A DNA stretch of 64,000 nucleotides from an uncultured Spirochaetota bacterium (GTDB taxonomy: Bacteria; Spirochaetota; Spirochaetia; SZUA-6; CAVTHK01). The stretch is from the NCBI GenBank assembly GCA_963734495.1, contig CAVTHK010000001.1, positions 64,001 through 128,000 of the forward strand. The letters are read 5' to 3'. The position numbers and the translations under genes are program-made. The notes below the pieces were generated by a model. That model worked only from the letters and a program-made list of their open reading frames with translations. It was not told the DNA's origin and made no database searches. Below, one piece after another: positions 19,122 to 28,875 of this stretch (its first letter is position 1; each line of letters begins with the position of its first letter).

Positions 19122-20588
19122 GTGTCCGGACTCGAGATCGACCCCACTCCACGATTCGAACTGTCCCCGAACCTGTACATGCAGTTCATGGAGCCGCTCG
19201 GCGTGACGGACGGCTCCGTGGAGGCGGCCTGGGACCACGAGCGCGACCGGTGGCGCGAAGACGTGATCGAGGCCACGCGCGAGCTCGCCCCGCCTCTGAT
19301 CCGCTGGGGAGGCTGCCTCAGCTCCTATTATAGATGGAAGGAAGGCATCGGCCCGCGCGACAAGCGTGTTCCGTTCCTCAACCTCCTCTGGGGGGGCGTG
19401 GAGAGCAGCCAGGTCGGCACCCACGAGTTCGTCGACTTCTGCCGGCAGGTGGGCGCCGTGCCGTTCTTCGCCGTCAACTTCGAATCCGACGGCCGCGGCC
19501 GCTGGGCGCACCCCGCAAAGGGCGGCCCGCGGACGGCAGGGCCCGACGAGGCGGCCGCGTGGGTCGACTACTGCAACAACCCCGGCAACCGCGAACGGAT
19601 CGCCAACGGAGCGCGTGAGCCCTTCGCCTTGCGCCTCTGGCAGATCGGCAACGAAACCTCCTACGACCCGACGGGTTACGACGTGGAGACCGCGGCCAGG
19701 CGGACCGCCGCGTTTGCCGCTGCCATGCGCCAGAGCGACCCGGGCATCGAGCTCATCGGCTGGGGCGACTCCGGGTGGGCGCGGCGCATGCTCGAGATCG
19801 CCGGCGAGCACCTTCAATACATCGCCTTCCACCACATGATCAGACCCGAGCGCGACCCCGACTCGCCGCTCAAGGGCCAGGAATCCCCGATCAACGGGTC
19901 GCGCTTCCGCAGCGACCCCGCGGCCACGTGGGACTATCTCATGGAGATCCCGAAGATCCCCGCGCGCAAGATCGCGCGGATCCGGGAAGAGATCGCGGGC
20001 TACGAGGTCAAGCTCGCCAAGACCGAAGCCCACTTCGCCCTCGACGGCCGCAACCGCAACGAGGTGCTCTCCACCTGGGCCGCGGGCGTTTCCAACGCCC
20101 TGATCCTCAACGTGCACGAGCGCAACGGCGACGTGCTGAAGATCGCGACGCACGCCGACTTCTGCGGCAACCGCTGGCTCGTGAACGCGCTCATCATCCC
20201 CACGCCGAAGCACAAGCTGCGGCCGTACCTGCTGCCCACCGGTCGGGTGATGGCGCTCTACCGCGCTCACGCCGGCGAGCGCGCGGTCACGGTCGCGGGT
20301 GCGCCCGAGGGCCTCGACGTGACCGCCAGCCGCACCGGCGACCGGCTCTACCTGCACGCCGTCAACACGCGGCGGGCTAAAGCCCTGCGCGCGACTCTCG
20401 CCGTCAAGGGCTTTGCAGTCGCGCGCGCCCGCGCCTGGGAGATCGCGCAGGACCCGATGGCGGAGATCGACGAGCTCGCCCCGGACCTGTTCAACCCGAA
20501 GGAGCGCGCGGCCGAGAATCCCCGCGAGTGGGAGTTCCCCTCCGCGTCCGTCACGGCGCTGGAGCTGGAGCTCAAGGCGCAGAAGTAG
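19122..20588 (+). CDS. GH51-like alpha-L-arabinofuranosidase-family glycoside hydrolase
   Basis: QFMEPLG, RWGGC...YRWKEGIGPR, GTHEFVDFC, WVDYCN, WQIGNE (acid/base), KTE (probable nucleophile), C-terminal FPSASVT. Confidence 0.85.
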   Translation: MSGLEIDPTPRFELSPNLYMQFMEPLGVTDGSVEAAWDHERDRWREDVIEATRELAPPLIRWGGCLSSYYRWKEGIGPRDKRVPFLNLLWGGVESSQVGTHEFVDFCRQVGAVPFFAVNFESDGRGRWAHPAKGGPRTAGPDEAAAWVDYCNNPGNRERIANGAREPFALRLWQIGNETSYDPTGYDVETAARRTAAFAAAMRQSDPGIELIGWGDSGWARRMLEIAGEHLQYIAFHHMIRPERDPDSPLKGQESPINGSRFRSDPAATWDYLMEIPKIPARKIARIREEIAGYEVKLAKTEAHFALDGRNRNEVLSTWAAGVSNALILNVHERNGDVLKIATHADFCGNRWLVNALIIPTPKHKLRPYLLPTGRVMALYRAHAGERAVTVAGAPEGLDVTASRTGDRLYLHAVNTRRAKALRATLAVKGFAVARARAWEIAQDPMAEIDELAPDLFNPKERAAENPREWEFPSASVTALELELKAQK

Positions 20589-20622
20589 CAGGAGAGCGTC
20601 GGCGCGGGCGACGGGCGAGGCG

Positions 20623-21762
20623 ATGCTTCCGTACTCCGAGCGCATCACGATGATCGAGGGCCTGGTAGTGGATCTCAAGCGACCCCGGATGGTCGGGCGC
20701 AACGCGCGGCTGGGCCTCCACGGCGACACGATGCACGATCCGATCGTGCGCATGCACACTTCGGGCGGAGCGGTCGGGATCGGCTGGTCGCGCCTCAAGC
20801 GAGAGCAGGCCGAGGCTCTCCTCGGCTCCACCTTGGGCGAGCTGTTCCAGCTCCCCGCGGGTTGCACGCCGGCCGGACGGATCGTCGACCCCGTACTGTG
20901 GGACCTCGCTGCCAGGATGCTGGGGAAGCCGCTGTACCAGGTGATCGGCGAGCCGCGAGGGTCGCGGGAAGTCGAGGTCTACGACAGCTCGATCTATCAC
21001 GACGATTTCGGAGCGAACGACGACGAGGCGGTGAAGATTCTGACGCGCGAAGTCGAGGCAGGTCTCTCCGCTGGCTATCGCAACTTCAAAGTCAAGATCG
21101 GCCGCGGCGCCCGATGGATGCCCATGGATGAGGGGCTCGAGCGGGACATCCTGGCGATTCACACCGTGCGGAGGGCGGCAGGCCCGGACGCGAAGGTGAT
21201 GATCGACGCCAACGACGGCGGCACGCTCAACAGCGCGAAAGCGGTCCTGAGGGCCTGCGCCCTCGACAAGGTTCACTGGTTCGAGGAGCCTTTCGCGGAG
21301 GCTCGGCCGCTGAACGAAGATCTCAAGCAGTGGATGGACCACGAGGGCATTCGAACGCTGATCGCCGACGGCGAGTACCTGGCGCCGCCGGACTTTTTCG
21401 ATCTCATGCGAGACGGACTGGTCGACGTTCTGATAGCGGACTTCAGGCTCGAGGGGGCCTCCTGGTGGAAGGCTGCCGCGGCGAGGATCGAGCCCTGGGG
21501 CCGCCGCGCCGCGCCTCACTGCTGGGCGAGCGTCATCGACACGTACGCGCGGGCGCACTTCGTCGCAACCCTTCCCCACTTCGAGATCCTGGAGGTCGAT
21601 CCGGCGGACACCAGCCCTCTGGTGCTCGACGGGTGGGCGATGCGGAACAGCCGACTGATCGTGCCCGATACGCCCGGAATCGGCGTCGACGTGGAGCCGG
21701 CCGCGCTCGAGCGTGGGATCAGCCAGGGCGGCTACAGGGTCAGCCGCAGGAGCGCGCGCTGA
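20623..21762 (+). CDS. Mandelate racemase/enolase-superfamily enzyme (probable acid-sugar dehydratase)
   Basis: LWDL...GKPLY, FKVKIG (KxK), metal ligands DAN / FEEP / DGE, APH, PDTPGIGV. Confidence 0.85.
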   Translation: MLPYSERITMIEGLVVDLKRPRMVGRNARLGLHGDTMHDPIVRMHTSGGAVGIGWSRLKREQAEALLGSTLGELFQLPAGCTPAGRIVDPVLWDLAARMLGKPLYQVIGEPRGSREVEVYDSSIYHDDFGANDDEAVKILTREVEAGLSAGYRNFKVKIGRGARWMPMDEGLERDILAIHTVRRAAGPDAKVMIDANDGGTLNSAKAVLRACALDKVHWFEEPFAEARPLNEDLKQWMDHEGIRTLIADGEYLAPPDFFDLMRDGLVDVLIADFRLEGASWWKAAAARIEPWGRRAAPHCWASVIDTYARAHFVATLPHFEILEVDPADTSPLVLDGWAMRNSRLIVPDTPGIGVDVEPAALERGISQGGYRVSRRSAR

Positions 21763-21858
21763 CAGCGGCGGCGTCGCCGCGCCAAGATCGCCGTTGACGC
21801 ACGGCAGGGACCGTGTGAGAATATCATCGACACTGACCGCTTGCACAAGGAGGAATGC

Positions 21859-23451
21859 ATGAGGAAGACCGTATGCGCGCTCTCGCTGCTCATGGCGCTG
21901 GCTCTCGTCACCGGCGTCTTCGCTGCGGGAACGACCGACACTTCGAGCTCCGCGGGCTCGAAGTCCTTTAACGCGACCGGGTTCCCGATCGTCAAGGAAC
22001 CCGTCACCAAGCGCGTGATGATCAGGAAGCCGCCGCACATCGGCGACCCCGCCAAGATGGTCACGTTCATCGAATACGAGAAGCTGACGGGCGTGAAGAT
22101 CGCCTGGGACGCCGTGCCCACCGACGGCTGGAACGAGCGCGTCAACCTGGTCATGGCCTCCAACGACATGCCGGACGCCATCATCAAGGGGACCCCGAAC
22201 ATCACCAAGGCGTCGGCCGACGGCAGCATCATCAGCATAAGCAAGCTGATCGACAACTACTCAACCGGGCTCAAGGAGCTTTTCAAGCAGTACCCGGCGG
22301 TCAAGGTCGCTTCGACGGCCCCTGATGGCAACATCTACGCCATCCCCGCCGTCAACACCCTGATCCCGAACCTGACGGGACACCGCAACCTGTGGATCAA
22401 CAAGAAGTGGCTCGACAAGCTCGGGCTCAAGGTGCCGACGACCAACGACGAGCTGCTCACGGTGCTGCGCGCCTTCCGGGACAAGGACCCGAACGGCAAC
22501 GGCAAGGCCGACGAGATCCCGTACATCGTGGAGAACAGCAGCTCCGAGCGGAACGCCCCGACCAACATGGTCTCGGCCTCGTGGGGCCTGTACCCCAACC
22601 TCGGGTACCCGCGGGCGCGGATCGTGGGAGACAAGGTCAGCATCTACGCGACGGACCCCAAGTTCCGCGAGGTGCTCGAGTTCATGAACCTGATGTGGAA
22701 GGAAAAGCTGCTCGACAACATGATCTACACCCAGTCCTCCGACGTGAACCTGTCCAAGTTCAACAGCAACATCTCGGGCGTCTTCGGCCTGTCGTCGGAC
22801 GACCTCTGGAGCCGCTACGCCGACGACTACGTCCCCATGCCGCCGCCGAAGAACGGCAAGGGCGACCCGCAGGTCATCGGCCTCGGCTCCTCCTACGCCG
22901 GCAGCGCGGGCGTCATCACGAAGAACGACAAGTCGCCCGAGATCATGTTCCGCTGGATCGACTGGTTTTACACCAAGGAAGGCTCGATGTTCATCGGGTG
23001 CTTCGCCCCGCAGCTCGAGGGCAAGACGGGACGCAAGCTGCCCGACGGGACGTGGGACTACACCGAGGCCATGCTCAAGGACCCGCGCGGCATCTCGGTC
23101 GCAGTCGGAGAGGTCTGCCCCCTCCCGGGCGGCGGCTTCTCCTACTGGCGCAACGAGTTCAACTCGAACTACATCTATTCGCCGACGGTCAAGAAGGCGA
23201 TCCCGACGTACCAGCCCTACTATCAGAAGGACCAGGCCTACGCCTACCCGACGTTCAGCGTCGAGGACAACCAGAAGGTCACCGACATCCGCCGCGACCT
23301 CGATGTGTACCTCCGCGAGATGGAGGCCAAGTTCATCACGGGCGAGATGCCCTTCAGCAGGTGGGACGAGTACGTCAAGACCTGCGAGAAGATGAGGATC
23401 AAGGAGCTCGAGGCCCTCTTCCAGAAGGCCCTCGACGCCATGCGCAAGTAG
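21859..23451 (+). CDS. Carbohydrate ABC transporter solute-binding protein (LplA-like)
   Basis: RBS AAGGAGG; FNATGFPIVKEPVT, WINKKWLDKLGLKVPTT, DPNGNGKADEIP, KFITG. Confidence 0.93.
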   Translation: MRKTVCALSLLMALALVTGVFAAGTTDTSSSAGSKSFNATGFPIVKEPVTKRVMIRKPPHIGDPAKMVTFIEYEKLTGVKIAWDAVPTDGWNERVNLVMASNDMPDAIIKGTPNITKASADGSIISISKLIDNYSTGLKELFKQYPAVKVASTAPDGNIYAIPAVNTLIPNLTGHRNLWINKKWLDKLGLKVPTTNDELLTVLRAFRDKDPNGNGKADEIPYIVENSSSERNAPTNMVSASWGLYPNLGYPRARIVGDKVSIYATDPKFREVLEFMNLMWKEKLLDNMIYTQSSDVNLSKFNSNISGVFGLSSDDLWSRYADDYVPMPPPKNGKGDPQVIGLGSSYAGSAGVITKNDKSPEIMFRWIDWFYTKEGSMFIGCFAPQLEGKTGRKLPDGTWDYTEAMLKDPRGISVAVGEVCPLPGGGFSYWRNEFNSNYIYSPTVKKAIPTYQPYYQKDQAYAYPTFSVEDNQKVTDIRRDLDVYLREMEAKFITGEMPFSRWDEYVKTCEKMRIKELEALFQKALDAMRK

Positions 23452-23517
23452 CGCTTTCTGTTGCGGCGCCGCCGGGGCTCGCGCCTCCGGCGGCGCCTCT
23501 CTTCTGCGAGGGAGGCC

Positions 23518-24438
23518 ATGAGCGGGGCGACAGGCGAGCTGAGAAAGAGGATGATCCGCTGCCGCGAGCTCTACTTGCTGCTCGCCCTGCCGCTGCTCTG
23601 GTACGCGGTCTTTCACTACTTTCCGATGTACGGGATCCAGATCGCCTTTCGGGACTACTACCCGTCCAAGGGATTCCTGGGCAGCCCGTGGGCCGGCCTC
23701 AAGCACTTCAACCGGTTCTTTTCCTCTTACTACTTCGGACGAGTCCTGACCAACACGCTGTCGATCAACTTCTACGCCCTGCTGGTGGGATTTCCCATCC
23801 CGATCGTCTTCGCCCTGATGCTCAACGAGCTCAAGCGCCCGCGGTATAAGAAGTTCCTCCAGAACGTCACGTACCTGCCCAATTTCCTGTCCGCCGTCGT
23901 CGTCGTGAGCATCCTGCAGCTCCTGCTCAACCCGAGCAACGGCGTGGTGAACATGGTTCTCCTCGCCCTGGGCGCAAAGGAGCCGATCGACTTCTTCATA
24001 AACCCGAGGATCATCCAGCACCTCTACGTCTGGTCGGGGGTGTGGGAGCGAATGGGGTGGGATGCGATCATCTACATCGCGGCGCTCTCGGCCGTCGACC
24101 CGAGCCTCTACGAGGCAGCCACGATCGACGGCACCTCGCGGATACAGCGCATCCTCTATATCGCGATTCCGACCATCGTGCCGACGATCGTGACGCTCCT
24201 GCTGCTGCGCACCGGAGCCATCATGAACATAGGCTACGAGAAGATCCTGCTGATGCAGAATTCCCTGAACATGGAAAAGAGCGACGTCATCTCGACATTC
24301 GTCTACCGCAGCGGGATCCTGGATGCCGACTACTCGTTCTCGGCGGCCGTAGGCCTGTTCAACTCGCTGTGCAACTTCGCCCTGCTCGTGGTGACCAACA
24401 CGATCTCGAAGCGGACGCTCAATGCGAGCCTCTGGTAG
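23518..24438 (+). CDS. Carbohydrate ABC transporter permease (LplB-like)
   Basis: PMYGIQIAF, SPWAGL, LYEAATIDG; ends ASLW. Confidence 0.93.
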   Translation: MSGATGELRKRMIRCRELYLLLALPLLWYAVFHYFPMYGIQIAFRDYYPSKGFLGSPWAGLKHFNRFFSSYYFGRVLTNTLSINFYALLVGFPIPIVFALMLNELKRPRYKKFLQNVTYLPNFLSAVVVVSILQLLLNPSNGVVNMVLLALGAKEPIDFFINPRIIQHLYVWSGVWERMGWDAIIYIAALSAVDPSLYEAATIDGTSRIQRILYIAIPTIVPTIVTLLLLRTGAIMNIGYEKILLMQNSLNMEKSDVISTFVYRSGILDADYSFSAAVGLFNSLCNFALLVVTNTISKRTLNASLW

Positions 24439-24453
24439 ACGGAGAAGCCGCCC

Positions 24454-25362
24454 GTGACTTCGAGCGCACACGGCTCTTCGACGATACGCGAGACCCGGGC
24501 TGATTCGGCCTTCCTCGCGGCAGTCTACGTGCTCACCGTCCTCATCCTGTGCGCCGTCCTCTATCCGCTCGTCTACGTGCTCAGCGCGTCGTTCAGCTCG
24601 GCGGAAGCGGCAGCCGCCGGCAAGGTGTTCCTCTTTCCCGTGGACCTCTCCGTCGAAGGCTACAAGCTGGTCTTCGAGCGCGAGGACATCCTGGTCGGGT
24701 TCCGCAACACGATCATCTATACGCTGGTCGGCACCAGCATCAACCTCGTGATGACGGTCCTTCTCGCCTTCCCGCTTTCGCGCCGCGAGCTGCCGGGACG
24801 CAACATCATCACGTTCTTCGTCGCCTTCACCATGTTCTTCTCAGGTGGGCTGATCCCCACGTACCTGCTCGTGCAGAAACTCGGCATGGTCGACAAGCTG
24901 TGGGCGATGGTGATCCCCAACGCCATATCCACCTTCAACATGATCCTCATGCGCACCTACCTGATGACCAACGTACCCGACGAGCTGCTGGAGTCCGCCT
25001 ACCTCGACGGGTGCGGATACACGAAGTTCCTCATCGCCATCGTGCTGCCGCTGTCCACCGCCATCGTTGCGGCCCTCGTGCTCTACTACGCGGTCGGCCA
25101 CTGGAACGCCTACTTCAGCGCGCTCATCTACCTGCGCTCGGCCAAGCGTACCAGCCTCCAGCTCGTGCTGCGCAACATCCTGCTCGCCAACCAGATCAAC
25201 ACGGGGGGCACCGACTCGGCCGGCTTCGGGGAGCGCGCCATGATCGGCGTGACGGTCAAGTACGCGGTCATCATCGTCTCCAGCGTCCCCGTGATCATCC
25301 TCTACCCTTTCATCCAGCGCTACTTCATCAAGGGGATCATGGTCGGCGCTATTAAAGGCTGA
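24454..25362 (+). CDS. Carbohydrate ABC transporter permease (LplC-like)
   Basis: FSGGLIPTY, ELLESAYLDG, YPFIQRYFIKGIMVGAIKG. Confidence 0.93.
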   Translation: MTSSAHGSSTIRETRADSAFLAAVYVLTVLILCAVLYPLVYVLSASFSSAEAAAAGKVFLFPVDLSVEGYKLVFEREDILVGFRNTIIYTLVGTSINLVMTVLLAFPLSRRELPGRNIITFFVAFTMFFSGGLIPTYLLVQKLGMVDKLWAMVIPNAISTFNMILMRTYLMTNVPDELLESAYLDGCGYTKFLIAIVLPLSTAIVAALVLYYAVGHWNAYFSALIYLRSAKRTSLQLVLRNILLANQINTGGTDSAGFGERAMIGVTVKYAVIIVSSVPVIILYPFIQRYFIKGIMVGAIKG

Positions 25363-25444
25363 AGGTAACCAGGCCGGCGGGCCGGCGCGAATCGGCGCAC
25401 CGACGCGCGTGGCGGCAAGCCGCCGCTGCGGCTATAATCGATCC

Positions 25445-26263
25445 ATGAAGCGAGTCCTCATCACGGGCGTTTACGGCCTTGTCGCGGGCGCCCTCTACGA
25501 GCATCTCGTCCAGGCGGGCGGGTACGAGGTCCACGGGACGGCGCGGCGGCGCCATCCTTCGGTGCGCGCTCCCGAAGGCCGGAACCTCGACGTGCCGGAA
25601 CCCCGGTTCCACCTCGTGGACCTGACGGATCTCGGGGGGATGCAGAAGGCCGTGCGCGGTATGGACGTCGTGGTGCACCTGGCCGCGGAGCCGGCGCCCG
25701 AGGCGCCGTGGGAGCGCATCCTCGCCAGCAACATCGTCGGCACGTATAACACGCTGGAGGCGGCGAGGCTCGAGGGCGTCCCGCGCGTCGTGTACGCGAG
25801 CTCGCTGCGGGTGAACTTCGGGTACCGGCAGGACGAGCCGTACAAGGCGATCGTCCAGCGTCGCTTCGACGCGGTGCCGCAGCCGATCCCTCTCGTGCGC
25901 GCGACCGACCCCCCGCGGCCGGCGGAGCCGTATTCGGCGAGCAAGGTCTGGGGCGAGGCGCTCGCGCGGGTGTACGCCGAGCAGCACGGTCTCTCGTGCC
26001 CGTGCGTGCGCATCGGTTGGGTCAACGCAGAGGACTGGCCCTCCAACGACGAGCTGATCAGCGTGTGGTGCAGCCAGCGCGACATCGCGCGGGCGCTGCG
26101 CGCGTGCGTCGACGCGCCAGAAACCTTGCGCTACGACGTCGTGTGGGGGCTCTCGGCCTCCCGCTGGTGCTGGGTCGATCTCGAGCACAGCCGCGAGGCG
26201 GTCGGCTACGCGCCGCTCGACAACAGCGACGAGGCTCGCGAGCGGGGGCGCGCCCGCAGATGA
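25445..26263 (+). CDS. NAD-dependent epimerase/dehydratase (uronate-dehydrogenase-like extended SDR)
   Basis: VLITGVYGLVA, VVHLAA, VVYASS, YSASK (YxxxK), CVRIG. TATAAT lies 6 nt before the ATG. Confidence 0.8.
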   Translation: MKRVLITGVYGLVAGALYEHLVQAGGYEVHGTARRRHPSVRAPEGRNLDVPEPRFHLVDLTDLGGMQKAVRGMDVVVHLAAEPAPEAPWERILASNIVGTYNTLEAARLEGVPRVVYASSLRVNFGYRQDEPYKAIVQRRFDAVPQPIPLVRATDPPRPAEPYSASKVWGEALARVYAEQHGLSCPCVRIGWVNAEDWPSNDELISVWCSQRDIARALRACVDAPETLRYDVVWGLSASRWCWVDLEHSREAVGYAPLDNSDEARERGRARR

Positions 26264-27390
26264 GGAGCGAATCCGACGTCGTCGCCCTCCTGGGGGAGCT
26301 GGTGTGCATCCCCAGCCACGAAACCGAAAGCGCGGTCGTGGAGCTGCTCTGCCGCCGCTTCCGCGAGCGGGGCATCGCCTGCGAGACGCGCCTCGTCGGG
26401 CCTGCGGGCCGCGCGAACGTGATCGCGACCTGGGGCGAAGGCCCGCGCTCGCTGATCCTCAACAGCCACATGGACACTGTGGCGCCCGGCGACGCGGGAC
26501 AGTGGCACGCGCCGCCCTTCGGCGCCGAGATCCGTGACGGCAGGCTCTACGGCCGCGGCTCCGCCGACGCCAAAGGCCCCCTCGCGGCCATGATCGTCGC
26601 CTTCGAGTCGATCGCGCGATCGCGGGTCCGAGCAAAAGGCAGGCTCATCCTCACGGCCGTGAGCTACGAAGAGGAGAACGGCCGCGGAACGCACGCGGAG
26701 GTCGCGGCGGGAACGCGGGCGGACGCGGCGGTCGTCGGCGAGCCGACGAGCCTCCGGGTCTGCGTCGCGCACAAGGGAGTGCTGCGGCTGCGGGTGACGA
26801 CGCGCGGCAAGGCGGCGCACGCGAGCGAGCCGTGGGAAGGCGCCAACGCGATCTCGGCGATGGCGCCGGTGATCGGCGCGCTCGACTGACTCGCGCAGCG
26901 GCTCGCGCGGCGGCGCGACCCGCTCCTCGGGCGCGTGACGCTCGTGACCACGATGATCGAGGGCGGCATCGGCCGCAATGTCGTGCCGCCGGCCTGCAGC
27001 ATCCTGATCGACCGCAGGCTGCTGCCCGATGAGAGCGCGTCGGACGCGCGGGAGGAGGTCGCGGCGCTTGTGCGTCCGCTCGCCGCGGAGGTCGACGAAG
27101 TCTCGCTCGCCGAGGCGGCAGGCATCGAGCCGCAGGCCGCGATCGCGCGCGCCGCGCTTTCGGCCCGCGCCGCGGTCGTCGGCGAGCGTTCGGAGGCCGC
27201 CGGCTTCGGCGCCTGCTGCGACATGTGGCACCTCACGAAACAGGGCGGGATTCCAGCCGTAATCCTCGGCCCCGGGAGCCTTTCGCAGGCGCACAAGACA
27301 GACGAGCACATCGAGATCGCGGAGCTCGAGAAGGCGGTGGAGATCTACCGGAGGCTGGCCCTCGACTGGCTGGAGGCGCCGCGGGAGTAA
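26260..27390 (+). pseudogene. M20 (ArgE/DapE-like) amidohydrolase interrupted by one in-frame TGA at 26887-26889
   Basis: NSHMDTV, GRGSADAKG, YEEENG, GEPT, AHASEP, then GALD*LAQRL continuing in the same frame to GPGSLSQAHKTDE. Confidence 0.75.
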
Positions 27391-27493
27391 GCGATGCGCG
27401 AACGAGCGCGAGCGGCTTTCCATGGGCCGCCGCCTATATTAAGCTTGCGGGGATCGAAACCTTGGGCGCCGAGCGCCGACGAAAGGAGCACGT

Positions 27494-28792
27494 ATGCATT
27501 TCCGCAGTCTGATGGTGGGCGTGCTGGTGGTCGTGGCGGTTGCCGGTCCGGTCTGGGCGGGGGGCCAGGGAGAAAAGGCCAGGGGCCCGGTCGAGCTGGT
27601 GTTCCGCCAGAGCGATCCCGCGGCGGAAGTCGTGGGACTCGTCAAGGCGATCGACGACTGGAACGCGTCGCAGCCGCAGATCAAGGTCAAGTTCGAAACC
27701 GTTCCCTGGTCGGACGCCCTGAACCAGTACGTCCGCGAGGCGCAGGCCGGCTCGGCCGTGCCCGACGTGCTGCAGGTGGCCTTTGTCTGGACCAAGGACC
27801 TGGCGACGACCGGCCTGATCCAGAAGCTCGACGATATCATCAAGAAGGACCCTCCCGGCAAGGGTATCGACGACTTCCTGGGCACTGACCTTGGCGTCTA
27901 CAAGGATGGCATCTACGGCATCCCCTGGACCGTCGACACCAATGTGATCGCCTATCGGCCGGACCTGTTCAAGAAAGCAGGCATCGACACCTTCCCGGAC
28001 ACCTGGGATGAGTTCTTCCAGACCGCCAAGAAGCTGACCATGGACACAACCGGCGACGGCAAGATCGATCAGTACGGTTTTGCGTTCCCGGCCGGCAGCG
28101 CCCCCGGCGGCACCATGTGGTTTCTCGTGACGTACTACCTCTGGAGCAACGGCAGGAACATGGTCGAGCCTGACGGCGCCGGCGGTTGGCGAGTCGGCGT
28201 CAAGGTCGATGACCTGGTCGAGTGCATGAAGTACTTTAACCGCTTCTTCGTCGAAGGCGTGACGCCCAGGTCCCTGATAGGCACCAGCGTGGCGGGCGAC
28301 CCGGAGATCACCGGGGGCATCGCGCGCGGCGAGTTCGCCATGGGCTTTTTTACGCCGAGCGTCTTCCGTGTCGCAGCCAAGCAGTCCCAGGTGCCGCTGG
28401 CATCGGCCAAGATCCCGAGGGGCCGGGTCATGAGGATCTCGCACCTCGGCGGCCGCGCCCTCGTGCTCAACACGAAGACGAAGTATCCCGAAGAGTCCTG
28501 GGTGCTGCTCAAGGCGCTGGTCGGCAAGAAGATTTTCGAGAGCTACAACCAGTTCCCCGCGCAGAAGTCGCTGCTCAAGGACATCGTGTACCCGGAACCG
28601 GAGAGGGGCTTCGCCGAGCAGCTTCCGTTCGCGGTTACTTTCAAGCGCTACATCGATTCGCCGGCACCGGTGAACACCATGTGGGAGACCGTGAACCGGG
28701 AGTTCGGGGCGTTCTACTCCGGGCAGAAGACGCCCGAGCAGGCCGCGGCCGACATCATCAAGGTCGTGCAGCCTCTGGTGACGAAGAAGTAG
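27494..28792 (+). CDS. Sugar ABC transporter solute-binding protein (family 1)
   Basis: RBS AAGGAG, signal peptide, YGIPW...YRPDLFKKAGI...PDTWDEF, DTTGDGKIDQYG. Confidence 0.92.
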   Translation: MHFRSLMVGVLVVVAVAGPVWAGGQGEKARGPVELVFRQSDPAAEVVGLVKAIDDWNASQPQIKVKFETVPWSDALNQYVREAQAGSAVPDVLQVAFVWTKDLATTGLIQKLDDIIKKDPPGKGIDDFLGTDLGVYKDGIYGIPWTVDTNVIAYRPDLFKKAGIDTFPDTWDEFFQTAKKLTMDTTGDGKIDQYGFAFPAGSAPGGTMWFLVTYYLWSNGRNMVEPDGAGGWRVGVKVDDLVECMKYFNRFFVEGVTPRSLIGTSVAGDPEITGGIARGEFAMGFFTPSVFRVAAKQSQVPLASAKIPRGRVMRISHLGGRALVLNTKTKYPEESWVLLKALVGKKIFESYNQFPAQKSLLKDIVYPEPERGFAEQLPFAVTFKRYIDSPAPVNTMWETVNREFGAFYSGQKTPEQAAADIIKVVQPLVTKK

Positions 28793-28875
28793 TTGTCCCG
28801 CTCTTTCCCGCGGCGGATCCCCTGCGGGTCCGCCGCGATTTCGTGGCCGCGCCACGGCGCTCGAAGGGATTGACC

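Noticed and set aside
26260..27390. Genome-wide TGA reassignment (code 4 or 25) suggested by the in-frame TGA
   Set aside because: TGA is the evident stop of many genes here, including ATGA/GTGA overlaps, and only one gene is interrupted.
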